Below are positions 19,467 to 29,695 of a stretch of 38,752 bases of DNA, in pieces. The notes below the pieces were generated by a model. The model was not told the DNA's origin, searched no databases, and worked only from the letters and a program-made list of their open reading frames with translations. A program made the translations under genes and the position numbers. The stretch comes from Candidatus Poribacteria bacterium. GTDB lineage: Bacteria > Poribacteria > WGA-4E > UBA9662. Where the stretch lies: the NCBI GenBank assembly GCA_046582655.1, contig JAYGDX010000272.1, positions 1 to 38,752 of the forward strand, read 5' to 3'. The first letter of the stretch is position 1, and each line of letters starts with the position of its first letter.

Positions 19467-20415
19467 ATGACAATTCAAGAACAACTGCCATGGAACCAGA
19501 TCAATGATGAAAATATGAGTTTTCTAAAAGCCATTGGTGTTAATTGCATTACCATCAACCCACCACCACCCGGTCTGGAAGATGGGCAGGACCAGGTGGA
19601 TTTCTGGCAGAAGATGTGCAAGATAGTTGAATCTCACGGATTGAAACTAACCAACGTGGGACTCAATTGTTGGGACAATATTACCTTAGGGTTACCCGAT
19701 CGGGATGAGAAGATTGAGGCATGATGTAACATGATCCGAAATCTAGGTAAGGTTGGAATTCAAACTTTGGGATACAATTTTAAGCCTATCGGTAACTTTC
19801 GAACCACATCTACCATCGGCCGAGGTGGAGCTAGTTACAGCACCTTTGGTTATGATGAATTCATGAAAAATCCGGTGGATGTACCAGAAAAGTACATCTC
19901 TGAAACTAACCTGTTGGTAAACTTGAAGTATTTTCTCGAACGTATTGTTCCAGTGGCTGAAGAATCGGGGGTTACACTGGCTATGCATCCAGATGATCCA
20001 CCGATTCCAGAGCCTCTTGGGGGGTGCAGCTCGCATTTTATCGACGCTTGATCATTTTGAGCGGCTGTTCAAGTTGCTACCGAGTGAGGCCAATGCCATG
20101 TTATTTTGTCAAGGTTGCGTCCGCGAAATGGGAGAGGATGTCCCCACGGCCATACGACGTATAGCTGCTCAAGGCAAAATTGCTTACGTTCACTTTCGTA
20201 ATATGCGCGGTACCCCGAAAAAGTTTATGGAAGTTTTTGTTGATGAGGACGATGTTGATATGTATCAAGCCATGCAAACTTATAAAGAGGTCGGTTTCAA
20301 AGGTCCGTTCATGATGGATCATACACCTGGTTTCCCGCAAGCGGATACACGACATGTCGGAAGAGCATTCGCAGTCGGCTATATGCGAGCCCTGATTCAA
20401 GCGGTTTATCGATGA
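19467..20415 (+). pseudogene. uxuA: Mannonate dehydratase (UxuA)-like gene with an in-frame TGA and a +1 frameshift
   Basis: GLPDRDEKIEA-[TGA 19722-24]-CNMIRNLGKVGI..GYNF, YFLERIVPVAEESGVTLAMHPDDPP, a six-G run at 20019-24 shifting frame to ARILS..FCQG..YVHFRN..MMDHTP..FAVGYMRAL. Confidence 0.85.
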
Positions 20416-20474
20416 CCGGTTGCCGATTAAGATTGGAAACATGCCGAGTTAAAAGATTGGAGCAATAGACACAA

Positions 20475-21821
20475 ATGACCCAAACACAAATGACCGATAA
20501 TGTCTTCCATCGAGTGCTGCGGCAGAAGTGGGAGCAGATTTCGCATGGCCAAGGTATCTACCTTTTTGACACAGAAGAGCAACGTTATCTTGATGCCTGC
20601 GCTGGGGTTCATGTCGTCAGCATCGGTCATGGTGTTCAAGAAATTGTTGATGCCATGGCTGAACAAGCAGCCAAAGTTTGTTTTACCTATGGCCGTTTCA
20701 TCACGCAACCGCAGATTGACTTAGCCCAACAGATTGCAGCTTTAACACCAGGGGAACTGAACAGGGTATTCTTTGTCTCTGGCGGCTCTGAGGCAACTGA
20801 GTCGGCCATGAAGATGGCGCGGAAATATCATATCGAAACAGGGAATCCCAAAAAGTACAAGGTGATTTCCCGGTGGCAAAGCTGGCATGGAAACACGATT
20901 GGAGCGCTTTCAATGTCTGGACGGACACCTTGGCGAGATGATTACGTTCCTTATTTGCTCAACTTCCCGCATATTCCTCCACCTTATTGTTATCGCTGTG
21001 ATTATCAGAAGACATATCCCGAATGCCACCTGAGTTGTGCCAATGAACTTGAGCGCATTATTCGACAAGAAGGCAGCGAATATATTTCTGCCTTTATCGC
21101 TGAACCGATCCTTGGCACCTCCGCTGCTGGCGTCACTCCGCCAGTAGATTACTATCCTGCCATTCGAGAAATCTGCGACAAGTACAATATTCTGATGATT
21201 GTTGATGAGGTTGTAACCGGTTTTGGTCGGACGGGACGAAATTTTGGGATTGAACATTGGGATGTCGTGCCGGACATTATGTCGGTTGGAAAAGGATTAA
21301 GTAGCGGTTATACGCCCATCGCTGCCACAATTGCGGATGAGAAAATCTACCATGCTATCTACAAAGGATCAACATCCTTCGTGCACGGGCACACCTATGG
21401 TGGAAATCCGCTTTCGTGTGCGGTTGCTTTGGCTGTGCAGGGTTACATTGAAACCCATGATCTTGTTTCACAATGCGCTCGAAGGGGAGAATTGATGTTA
21501 GAACAACTGATGCCACTTCAAGATCTACCAATTGTCGGAGAGGTAAGGGGCAAAGGGCTGCTAATCGGCATTGAATTTGTTGCTGACCAAGAAAAGAGGA
21601 CGCCATTCGATCCTCTTCAAGGCGTAACAGGGATGATTGTCGACTCGATTTTTGAAAAAGGTGTCTTGGTGATGCCTGGAGCCCCAGGGCCAGTTGATGG
21701 TATTGCGGGGGACCACATTGCCATTAGTCCTCCTTTTACCATTACGGAATCCGAAGTGAATCAAATTGTGGAAGTAGTCAAGGAAAGTATTGTTGAGGTG
21801 TCAGTAAAGTTAGGTTATTAA
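20475..21821 (+). CDS. Class III PLP-dependent aminotransferase
   Basis: FFVSGGSEATESAMKMAR, SWHGNT, AFIAEP, IVDEVVTGFGRTG, PDIMSVGKGLSSGY (PLP Lys), HGHTYGGNP. The true start may be the second ATG at 20490. Confidence 0.93.
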   Translation: MTQTQMTDNVFHRVLRQKWEQISHGQGIYLFDTEEQRYLDACAGVHVVSIGHGVQEIVDAMAEQAAKVCFTYGRFITQPQIDLAQQIAALTPGELNRVFFVSGGSEATESAMKMARKYHIETGNPKKYKVISRWQSWHGNTIGALSMSGRTPWRDDYVPYLLNFPHIPPPYCYRCDYQKTYPECHLSCANELERIIRQEGSEYISAFIAEPILGTSAAGVTPPVDYYPAIREICDKYNILMIVDEVVTGFGRTGRNFGIEHWDVVPDIMSVGKGLSSGYTPIAATIADEKIYHAIYKGSTSFVHGHTYGGNPLSCAVALAVQGYIETHDLVSQCARRGELMLEQLMPLQDLPIVGEVRGKGLLIGIEFVADQEKRTPFDPLQGVTGMIVDSIFEKGVLVMPGAPGPVDGIAGDHIAISPPFTITESEVNQIVEVVKESIVEVSVKLGY

Positions 21822-21893
21822 TCAAAGTGTACTACAGTGGTCGATAACCTTTTAGAGATAATACCGATAGAACATTGAGGGGGTAAAATAGTT

Positions 21894-22850
21894 ATGAAAA
21901 GAACACGGCTATTGAGTATTTCCTTTCCCAGTGGAGGTTATGGCAGTGTGGAGGAGAACCGAGATCAGATGGTGATGTACCTGGAACAAGCTGGCAAATA
22001 TCAACCCGATTTCGTTTGTTTTACTGAAGTAGCGCGAGAACTTGGAGTACCAAGAAATCACCAAGCGTGGAAAGGCGAACTCATCCCCGGTCCAACGACC
22101 GAGGCACTAGGTGCCACGGCACGAAAATACCAGACTCACGTAATTGTTGGGATGCAGGAACGTGCTGGCAATCGGACTTTCAATGCAGCCGTATTAATTG
22201 GACGTGATGGTGAGGTGATTGGCATTTATCACAAAGTCCAGCCAACAATTGGTGAAATGGAAACGGGTACCATTTCAGGCATCAAGGCTCCAACTTGGGA
22301 AACAGATCGCGGTCAAGTGGGAATGTGCATCTGCTTTGATCTGAAGTTCCCAGAAGTAGCGATGATGCTGGCACGAGAGGGAGCGCGGATGGTGTTTTTC
22401 CCTTCCATGTTTCATGGTGGCATGCGACATGGCGCCTGGGCACGCGACTATGGCGTATTTCTGGTCGTCAGCCAATCACAAGAATCTGTGATTGTAGATA
22501 TGTGTGGTCGTCGTCTGGCTTGGCAAGGATATCAGGAACCATTAGTTGGCAAAGGTGATTTATTGCCGTTTGCCTTTGCCGAAGTAAATACAAATTGCAA
22601 AGCCTACCACTTGGACTTCAACCAAGAGAAATTAGGTAGGGTTGAAGCTAAATATGGATCTGGCGTAAGATTTTCGATCCTTCGGCCGGAAGCAACATTC
22701 GTCATGGAATCACTGATGGAAGATGTATCAGTTGAACAAATTGAAGATCAGTTTGGCTTGGAAGACCTCTGGAGCTATTATGACCGAGCCCGTAGAGTTC
22801 GAGGAGAACAACTGTATGAACACAACACAAATAGTCCTTCCAGCAATTAA
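21894..22850 (+). CDS. Carbon-nitrogen hydrolase (nitrilase superfamily)
   Basis: Catalytic triad E (VCFTE), K (YHK), C (ICFDLKFPE), plus FNAAVLIGRDGEVIG. Confidence 0.88.
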   Translation: MKRTRLLSISFPSGGYGSVEENRDQMVMYLEQAGKYQPDFVCFTEVARELGVPRNHQAWKGELIPGPTTEALGATARKYQTHVIVGMQERAGNRTFNAAVLIGRDGEVIGIYHKVQPTIGEMETGTISGIKAPTWETDRGQVGMCICFDLKFPEVAMMLAREGARMVFFPSMFHGGMRHGAWARDYGVFLVVSQSQESVIVDMCGRRLAWQGYQEPLVGKGDLLPFAFAEVNTNCKAYHLDFNQEKLGRVEAKYGSGVRFSILRPEATFVMESLMEDVSVEQIEDQFGLEDLWSYYDRARRVRGEQLYEHNTNSPSSN

Positions 22851-22867
22851 GAGGTGGAGGAACAATC

Positions 22868-22993
22868 ATGAGCCAATACCGTGCAGCTATTATTGGGCAG
22901 GTCATCACGCGAATGCGCATAACCAACCAGCTCAATCAACTGGCAGCCAAACCTAGGCAGCTAATACGGGATTGGGCGAAAGGAGAAATCTGA
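22868..22993 (+). pseudogene. Collapsed remnant of another Gfo/Idh/MocA oxidoreductase
   Basis: Strong SD (GAGGTGGAGG) then MSQYRAAIIG (cf. MSQYSAAVIG of the 13289 gene). AGHHANAH and QSTG fragments occur in another frame. The stop overlaps the next ATG (TGATG). Confidence 0.65.
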
Positions 22994-24105
22994 TGGGAAC
23001 AAAGTATCGGGCTGGCGTCATTGGTCGGACTGGTCGAGGTGATTATGGACATGGTCTTGACCAAGTATATCTGTATATGGATGAGATCGAGATTATGGCT
23101 ATTGCTGATGAAGACCCACAAGGTTTAACTGTAGCAGGCAAGCGACTAGGTGCTTCCAAATTGTACTCCGATTATCGGGAAATGTTGGAAAAGGAAGATC
23201 TGGACATTGTAAGCGTTTGTCCACGTTGGGTGCAACCACATTATGAGATGGCGCTGGCTGTGGCGGAAACAGGTGCATGCATTTTCCTGGAAAAACCGAT
23301 GTGCCAAACACTAGCAGAAGCGGACGCCATGATCTCAGCCTGTGAAAAGGCTGAGATCACAATGGGGATAGCACACCAAGGCCGCATGCACGTAGCTGCA
23401 CGCCATGCCAAAAAACTTCTCCAGGACGGTGCTATTGGAACTGTGCTGAGTGCTCAAATGCGCGGTAAAGAGGACCGACGCGGTGGTGGAGAGGATCTGA
23501 TGGTTTTAGGTACTCACATGTTTGATACCCTTAGGTTTCTGTTGAATGTAGATCCAGAATGGGGATTTGCCCACGTTTCAATGGCTGACGGTCGTCCGGT
23601 GACCAAAGGTGATGCAGTAGAAGGTCCAGAAGAACTTGGGCTGATTGCTGGAGATCATATCCATGCCTTGTACGGTTTTGCAAATGGGATAACTGCCACC
23701 CTGGAATCACGCCGAAACCAACAGGATTCAGGCAGGCGTTTCGGTCTGCAGATCTGGGGTACGGAAGGGATCATGGCCGTTTACGAAGGCTCTCAGCAAA
23801 TAGAGATTTATCAATCACCATTTTGGCGCCCTGACAAAGAAGTGCCAATTCGCAACGTTACAGCAGAAGCCATGGCTACATTCCCTTCTGATCAGACGGC
23901 GGCTGTAGTTGACAACCTACAGATGGTAGCGAATATAGCCATTGTGCGAGATGTATTAAACGCACACAAGGAAGGACGACAACCAATTGGTAGCGGGTAC
24001 GATGGTCGATGGGCTATGGAGATGATTCATTGCATCTATGCTTCTCATCTTGCGGGTCAACGTGTTTCATTACCTTTAGATAACCGCGGGCATCCTCTAG
24101 TGTAA
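22993..24105 (+). CDS. Gfo/Idh/MocA family oxidoreductase
   Basis: KYRAGVIGRTGRGDYGHGL, LYSDYREMLEKEDLDIVSVCPR, IFLEKPM, GGEDLMVLGTHMFD. ATG 22993 after AGGAG. Confidence 0.9.
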   Translation: MGTKYRAGVIGRTGRGDYGHGLDQVYLYMDEIEIMAIADEDPQGLTVAGKRLGASKLYSDYREMLEKEDLDIVSVCPRWVQPHYEMALAVAETGACIFLEKPMCQTLAEADAMISACEKAEITMGIAHQGRMHVAARHAKKLLQDGAIGTVLSAQMRGKEDRRGGGEDLMVLGTHMFDTLRFLLNVDPEWGFAHVSMADGRPVTKGDAVEGPEELGLIAGDHIHALYGFANGITATLESRRNQQDSGRRFGLQIWGTEGIMAVYEGSQQIEIYQSPFWRPDKEVPIRNVTAEAMATFPSDQTAAVVDNLQMVANIAIVRDVLNAHKEGRQPIGSGYDGRWAMEMIHCIYASHLAGQRVSLPLDNRGHPLV

Positions 24106-24420
24106 CGGCAGTTTGACCTTACCATTTCTCTGTTGAATATACTATTCCATCAACAGAATTTGGGTGTTACAATTAACCCATCCTCTGTTCTGTCGATTGC
24201 CAATGCAAGATAATAGCTGCTTCAATCGATGGAAGCATTCATTTCCCTTCATAATAGTGAGTCTAACTCCACCATCGGCACGATAAACACATCCGCATTA
24301 TCTATGGCGTGAAGTGTACTTCAACAAGTTACGACTAATGCCCTGTGAAACGCCTTAAACTTGGGTGTTAATGAAGAATTGATTTATTGCCGATGAGTAT
24401 GTTGAAGAAAAATCAGAAAT

Positions 24421-24466
24421 AAAAAAACAAAAGCGACCTCGGTTTGTGTTCCCGAGATCGCTTTTG
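24421..24466 (-). terminator. Rho-independent terminator of the cold-shock gene
   Basis: Minus strand CAAAAGCGATCTCGG-gaacacaaa-CCGAGGTCGCTTTTG followed by TTTTTTT, about 20 nt after the csp stop. Confidence 0.85.
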
Positions 24467-24487
24467 GCGCTTGAATTTTATTAAATA

Positions 24488-24694
24488 CTAGATTTTTATC
24501 ACGCCTTTGGCTTGAAGACCTTTATCTGTTTCTTCAACGGTGAACTCGACCCGTTGCTCTTCTTCAAGTGATCTGAATCCTTCACCTTGAATTTCAGAAT
24601 GATGAACAAAGACGTCTTGATTGTCATCAGTAGTGATAAACCCGAAGCCTTTGGCATCATTAAACCATTTAACACTACCTGTTTTTGTTTCCAT
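24488..24694 (-). CDS. cspA: Cold-shock protein (CspA family)
   Basis: [16 protein letters not shown] (RNP1), DVFVHHSEI (RNP2), GFRSLEE.QRVEF, KGLQA. 68 aa. Paralog letter uncertain. Confidence 0.95.
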   Translation of the reverse strand: METKTGSVKWFNDAKGFGFITTDDNQDVFVHHSEIQGEGFRSLEEEQRVEFTVEETDKGLQAKGVIKI

Positions 24695-24845
24695 AACTTC
24701 TATTTTTTCCTTATTAATTAAATAGCCAGGCTTAGATTTACTAAGCTGGCACTTTCTAAAGCATTATGCTTATTTGCTACTGAAATAAAACAGCTATCCT
24801 ATAATAATATCAGAGTGAAGGTCAAATTTGCCAAGGAATTTTTAA

Positions 24846-24864
24846 TAGACCTCTTACATAAATC
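24846..24864 (+). mobile_element. Solo terminal inverted repeat related to the MITE at 33864
   Basis: TAGACCTCTTACATAAATC. It matches the MITE end TAGACCTCTTGCAT at 13/14 and the reverse complement of 12124-12141 at 17/18. Confidence 0.6.
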
Positions 24865-25088
24865 TGAAAGTAAGGGGATTTCGGAATTTTTTGAGCCTAT
24901 TTATTCAAAGAATTTTGGTGCCTCTCAGCTGGAATTTTGTTGAGTTTACTCTTTAGTTAACTCAACTTTGTCTTGGCTATGGAAATGCCGAAAATGAATT
25001 GGTTCTAAACCCACAATTTAAATCCTTGATTTGAATTGGTGCTGGTATACTCATTTGAATTGATGTTAGCATATAAAAAAGCAAAATA

Positions 25089-26339
25089 GTGACGATACTA
25101 CCAATTCTTTTGCTGGTAAATAACCCTCTACTTTCATTCTTTGACCCGGTTTCTGGTGACATCCGCCAACCTGAAAGATTTGCCAGTTGGCAAGCTGAAA
25201 AGCGGCAACAACTATTAGACCTACTGGGTGTTACAAGTCAAGGTATCCCTCTGTCACCGGAAAACCGTGGATTGTTGACATACGATGACATAGTGATTGA
25301 AAAATGGGTCTATACTAGCGAACAGGGATCTCGCGTGCCAGCGATATTGTACCGACCCAAGAATTCAGTAATGCCGATGCCCAGAGTGGTATTTACCTTC
25401 GGACACGGCGGTAGTAAAAGTCAGCCGGCATACAACTATGTCGGGCAATTGTACGCTAAGATGGGCATTGCCTGTTTAGCCGCCGACCCCATTGGTGAGG
25501 AAGAACGACACATCCAGGCAAAAATGGGAACACGCGCTCACGGTCCCCAACCTGTTCACCAAACCGCGTGGAAGGCGGGTCGACCAATTATGGATAAACT
25601 AGTGTGGGATACCATGCGGGGAGTCGATTTCATGCTTGGTCGTGATGACATTGATCCACATCGGATCGGCGTTGTTGGGAATTCTCTGGGCGATGCCAAA
25701 GCAGGTTGGATGGCTGTGCTGGATACTCGGCTACATTTCGCTTTGATCAGCGGATGGGCTTTTGCTGAAGCCACGCTGAAATAGGGGAAATTTTGTACCC
25801 GCACACCAAATGAAAAAATGAGTCAAATCTTGGACTGGGAACAATACCTGTCATTGGCTGCCCCACATTGCCATATCCTGATTATGAACGGAGGTGCCGA
25901 CGTCATTATTGATCGGGATGGCTATGGCCATGCCTGGCGAGAGACGCATACAGTTGTTGATCAGGTGACAACAGTCTACATGGCTCTTGATAATCCCAAC
26001 GGTATTCGTTGCTGGTTGGAACCCAAAGGCGGTCATCGTCCCTACTTTGTCCATCCGGCTGCTCTAGAATGGCTAGTAGAATTATTATCGCCTGACGGTT
26101 GGACCATTGATCGGTTACGCCAGATACCAGTACTTAATTTTGGTCAATGGGACGATACCAACGGTATTGTCTTTGAACAACTGTATGGTACGGCTTTACA
26201 TCAGCGAGGAGCCACTGTGGTGGATATGCAAATCCGTTACCTAGGTCGGGAAAAACTGGCTGTCCTGACAGAACAAGAGATTGGACAACCTCAGTATACA
26301 CTTCAAGGCTGGTTGAATAAACTTACAACCGAACCGTAG
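25089..26339 (+). pseudogene. Alpha/beta-hydrolase (acetyl-xylan-esterase/dienelactone-hydrolase-like) split by one in-frame TAG
   Basis: VPAILYRP, FGHGGSK, DPIGEEER, DTMRGVDFM..DIDPHRIGVVGNSLG (GxSxG), then ATLK-[TAG 25782-84]-GKFCTRTPNEKM in frame into LAAP..LIMNGGAD...GGHRPYF. The 5' end is uncertain. Confidence 0.78.
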
Positions 26340-26352
26340 ATTTTCAACCTAT

Positions 26353-28620
26353 CTAGAATTCTAATCGTATCCCACCAATCGGGAAAAAGCCGAATTGATG
26401 GATTTCCCGGTTCTTGCCTTTAGACCTATCCCATTCATAAGACCAGATGTTTCGACGGTTGTAGATGTTTTCGATTTCAAAATAGGTCACCAGATTCCAA
26501 CGAGGGAAATGCAGGCGCCGATCAAGCCGGAAATCGAGCCGATGGTAAGACGGGAAACGCTCAACATTGATTCCATCGGCAAAGATTGGTTCCCAATCGC
26601 CGGGGATAACCTCGTCACTGCCGATAATGGGGGTATATGGCTTCCCACTAATGTAACGCCATTTCCCGCTGAATTCCCACTGGTCAGAGAGCCGATACCC
26701 TCCGATCAGCGTAAAAACATGACGGGTATCGAAATCCGAATCGAATTCATCCAACTCGGGCGATTTGAATCGTGAAACCAAATATGAGTAGCTGATTAAG
26801 CCGTAGATTCGGTTGGTCAGTTGCTTCTGGGCGAACATGTCGACGCCGCGTGCGTAACCAGTGGCGTTGTTATTTAAGATCAGGTTTTCTTTGTCATTTA
26901 ACAGAATATAGTCTTGATAATCCTTAATATAGGCTTCAATTGTCAGGCGGAAATCCTGATCGAACAGATGTTCCAATCCGATTATGTAGTGTTTGGCTTG
27001 CATGCTATCTAAATTTTTGTTGTGCTGATTCCAATTCAGAAAGATGTACGACATCGGTTGATAAAAATATCCGAATGATCCATTTAGCACCGTATGCGAT
27101 GAAATTTGATAACTTGTGCCGAAACGTGGGCTGAAATTTGTAGTCTCCGTCAAGTTGAAATAGTCACCACGTAAACCGAAATTCAAATCTAATCCCGCTG
27201 TTGGTGTCACCTTATAATGCACAAAACTGCTGGCTTTGAAGGTACTGAGTCGACTATCCTGATCCTGATGTGTTAATTTAATCAGTTTTCCTGTTTCATT
27301 ACTGTAAAATTCGACTTCACGAGAACGGATGATGTGATCAAGCTCAATCTCCTTGACTGCCGTGCCTATACTGAATCCATGCTTGGTGCTGATGTCGTAA
27401 TTAATTTCTGCCTTAATGGTCGTTTCCCGTTCACTACCAGTCATTGACATAGCGTCTGGCCCGCGTCGATCCCCAACCAAAAACTCACTCTGATTGAAGA
27501 CTTGAGAACACGTCAGTATCGAATAACCGTTTCGGCTGAATAGCGTTCGCCAGTTTAGACCAATTCCATATTGTCTGGTGTGGTATAATACATTGTTCCA
27601 ACCTCGATTGTAGAGGTCATCTTGATCTGTGATATGAACGTGATCACTGCCGCCAATCCCCACCATCGAGATCTGATTCTTGGGTGTGGGATCATAAACC
27701 ACCTTTGCCTGTAGATCCCCGTATTCTGGCACTGCCGTCAAACTGGTTGGTCCTTTGACTAGGCCAAGGTAACTCTTGCGCATAGAAAGAAGCCAGGACC
27801 CTTTTTTCTTTATAATCGGACCTTCAACCGTCAGGCCTGCGCCCGCCATTCCGATGCTTATGTCTGTCTCAACCTTGTGTCGATTGCCTTCACGCAACTG
27901 GATATTAAGGACAGATGAAAGTTTGTCACCGTATCTGACGGGGAAACCGCCCGAGGAAAAATCAATTTCCCGAATCAGATCTGTGTTGATCATACTGATT
28001 GTGCCACCGGTACTTCCTTGTTCTCCAAAATGATTCGAATTCGGGATTTCAATCATATCTAAGACCGTCAGATTCTCACGAGGATGGCCGCCACGAACAA
28101 CTAAATGGTTCGTTTGATCAGACGTCTGGACGATACCAGGCATCGACATCATCACACGGTTGACATCCTCCAGACCGCCAGGCGAGCGACGAATTTCCTC
28201 ACTGCTGAGCGTACGCGTGCTAGTATTTGTCCCAACTGGTTTATCGAAGAAATTTGGCTTAACCTGAACCTCTTCCAGAGTAAAAGCCAGATGCTTCAGG
28301 TTCATCTCAATGAACACCTGACGTCCTGTTGAAACAACCACATCAGTTTTTATTAGCGGTTCGTATTGGTTCGAGGTCGCCTTTATTCGGTAGGTTCCGA
28401 TTGGCACCTCTGGCAAGGTAAACTTACCTTGATCATCAGATATGGCAGAGAGTTGGTTGTTTCCGACAATTTGAATGAAAACGGTTTTTAACGGCTGTCG
28501 GGTTGATTGGTCTTGGGCAAGACCGTGAATCGATCCAATTTTTTGATTAGCAGTGACATCTAAAGTCAAGACAAACAGTAAAATGAACAGAAATCCCTTG
28601 ATTCTTTTGAGAAATGACAT
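26353..28620 (-). CDS. TonB-dependent receptor with N-terminal carboxypeptidase-regulatory-like domain
   Basis: Signal peptide, ISDDQGKFTLPEVPIGTYRI, plug motif LVVRGGHPRENL..D..EI.N.NHF, FSSGGFPVRYGDKLSSVL, beta-barrel ending ENIYNR...GIRLEF (terminal Phe). Confidence 0.9.
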   Translation of the reverse strand: MSFLKRIKGFLFILLFVLTLDVTANQKIGSIHGLAQDQSTRQPLKTVFIQIVGNNQLSAISDDQGKFTLPEVPIGTYRIKATSNQYEPLIKTDVVVSTGRQVFIEMNLKHLAFTLEEVQVKPNFFDKPVGTNTSTRTLSSEEIRRSPGGLEDVNRVMMSMPGIVQTSDQTNHLVVRGGHPRENLTVLDMIEIPNSNHFGEQGSTGGTISMINTDLIREIDFSSGGFPVRYGDKLSSVLNIQLREGNRHKVETDISIGMAGAGLTVEGPIIKKKGSWLLSMRKSYLGLVKGPTSLTAVPEYGDLQAKVVYDPTPKNQISMVGIGGSDHVHITDQDDLYNRGWNNVLYHTRQYGIGLNWRTLFSRNGYSILTCSQVFNQSEFLVGDRRGPDAMSMTGSERETTIKAEINYDISTKHGFSIGTAVKEIELDHIIRSREVEFYSNETGKLIKLTHQDQDSRLSTFKASSFVHYKVTPTAGLDLNFGLRGDYFNLTETTNFSPRFGTSYQISSHTVLNGSFGYFYQPMSYIFLNWNQHNKNLDSMQAKHYIIGLEHLFDQDFRLTIEAYIKDYQDYILLNDKENLILNNNATGYARGVDMFAQKQLTNRIYGLISYSYLVSRFKSPELDEFDSDFDTRHVFTLIGGYRLSDQWEFSGKWRYISGKPYTPIIGSDEVIPGDWEPIFADGINVERFPSYHRLDFRLDRRLHFPRWNLVTYFEIENIYNRRNIWSYEWDRSKGKNREIHQFGFFPIGGIRLEF

Positions 28621-28968
28621 ATGAAAAATTCAGTCAAATAATTGCAGTTGTTAGAGGGAGTCTAACATCGAGACCGGACATTTTCAAGGACAGTAGCTGA
28701 GACCGGACACAATAGTTTGTATGGTTATTTTTTCTACCGCCGTTGCTGAATAATAGATAGAATTTAGCCATCGGTAACAGGGTTAATGTTACCCTACTGA
28801 TTTTTGACAACGGAAGACTAGTAGTGCACTTAAGCATCTATACAGCTTTCAATTAAGAGAAGGAATGTGTTCAAGCGGTTGGACAGCATCGTTCGAATGC
28901 TAACGAATTTCATAGAGATTTATAAATTGCCTGTTATCCATATGACAAGTCCACTGGAGGAAACGCAC

Positions 28969-29695
28969 ATATCAGTCAAATCATATGTTCTCGCATTTTT
29001 GATAACTGTATTCAGTTTTGCATTGGTATTTAATGGATTAACCACTGAAGAATGGGGATTTGTCGATCTGAAATCAAAGGCGAATTTAAGGCTCGATCAA
29101 CAATGGTGGACTGGGGAGAAAGCTGCCAGTACCTTGAGCTTTTTGCCAGCAGGAAAAACCGAAAATTTCGCCGAGCCGGATGATAAGAAGGTGAAATTCG
29201 AAATCGAAAAGGAGTGTGTTGTTGTTTTTGGAACAAATGCTGCCAAGTGGCCGAAAAAGGTTGATGGGATTAAAACAGACCCAAAGTATAGACAGTCAGC
29301 TTTGTCTGTTTTCTTCACTCCACCGAGTGGGAAGATAATGCTGCGCCCAGTTATAAGTTTATCATGCATTACAATGATAATAGTAAAGCAGAGTTGGAAA
29401 TACAGTCTGGTATTAATTCCGACGACTGGTGTCACGAGGACAGTAAACTACAAGATAAAAATTCTGTCTGGGGTTGAGTTAAAAAGGAAAGTGCTCCCAT
29501 GGTCACGCTGGACTCATCACTGCCAGATGGGAAAATTCCAAACCTAACAAAGGTATTATCCCTATAGATATCGAATCTTTAGGAACAGGAGCTGTTCCGG
29601 TTATTGCAGATATTACTTTGGGAGACGTTTTACTGAATGTGGATGCCCTACAAAAGCTGACCACAAAATGGGGTGTTTTGAAAGGTGAGATTTGA
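28969..29695 (+). pseudogene. Decayed secreted protein with Poribacteria-type C-terminal tail
   Basis: GGAGG followed by ATA 28969 (possibly a mutated ATG), a signal-peptide-like SVKSYVLAFLITVFSFALV, several frameshifts, ending AVPVIADITLGDVLLNVDALQKLTTKWGVLKGEI*. Confidence 0.6.

Noticed and set aside
19722..19727. TGA-TGT as a Sec-Cys motif in the UxuA-like gene
   Set aside because: The position lies in a helix where an aromatic residue (W/Y) is expected, no convincing hairpin follows, and the gene also carries a frameshift. A nonsense mutation is simpler.
13674..25784. Genome-wide stop-codon reassignment or pyrrolysine explaining the in-frame TAG/TGA codons
   Set aside because: TAG and TGA both terminate clearly complete genes here (flagellin, csp and TonB receptor with TAG; DUF47, NYN and korA with TGA), and two of the three affected genes also have frameshifts.
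28867..29547. 226-aa ORF as an intact gene
   Set aside because: Its second half reads like off-frame sequence, and the family-type C-terminal tail lies downstream of its stop (ending 29695). It is treated as part of a pseudogene.
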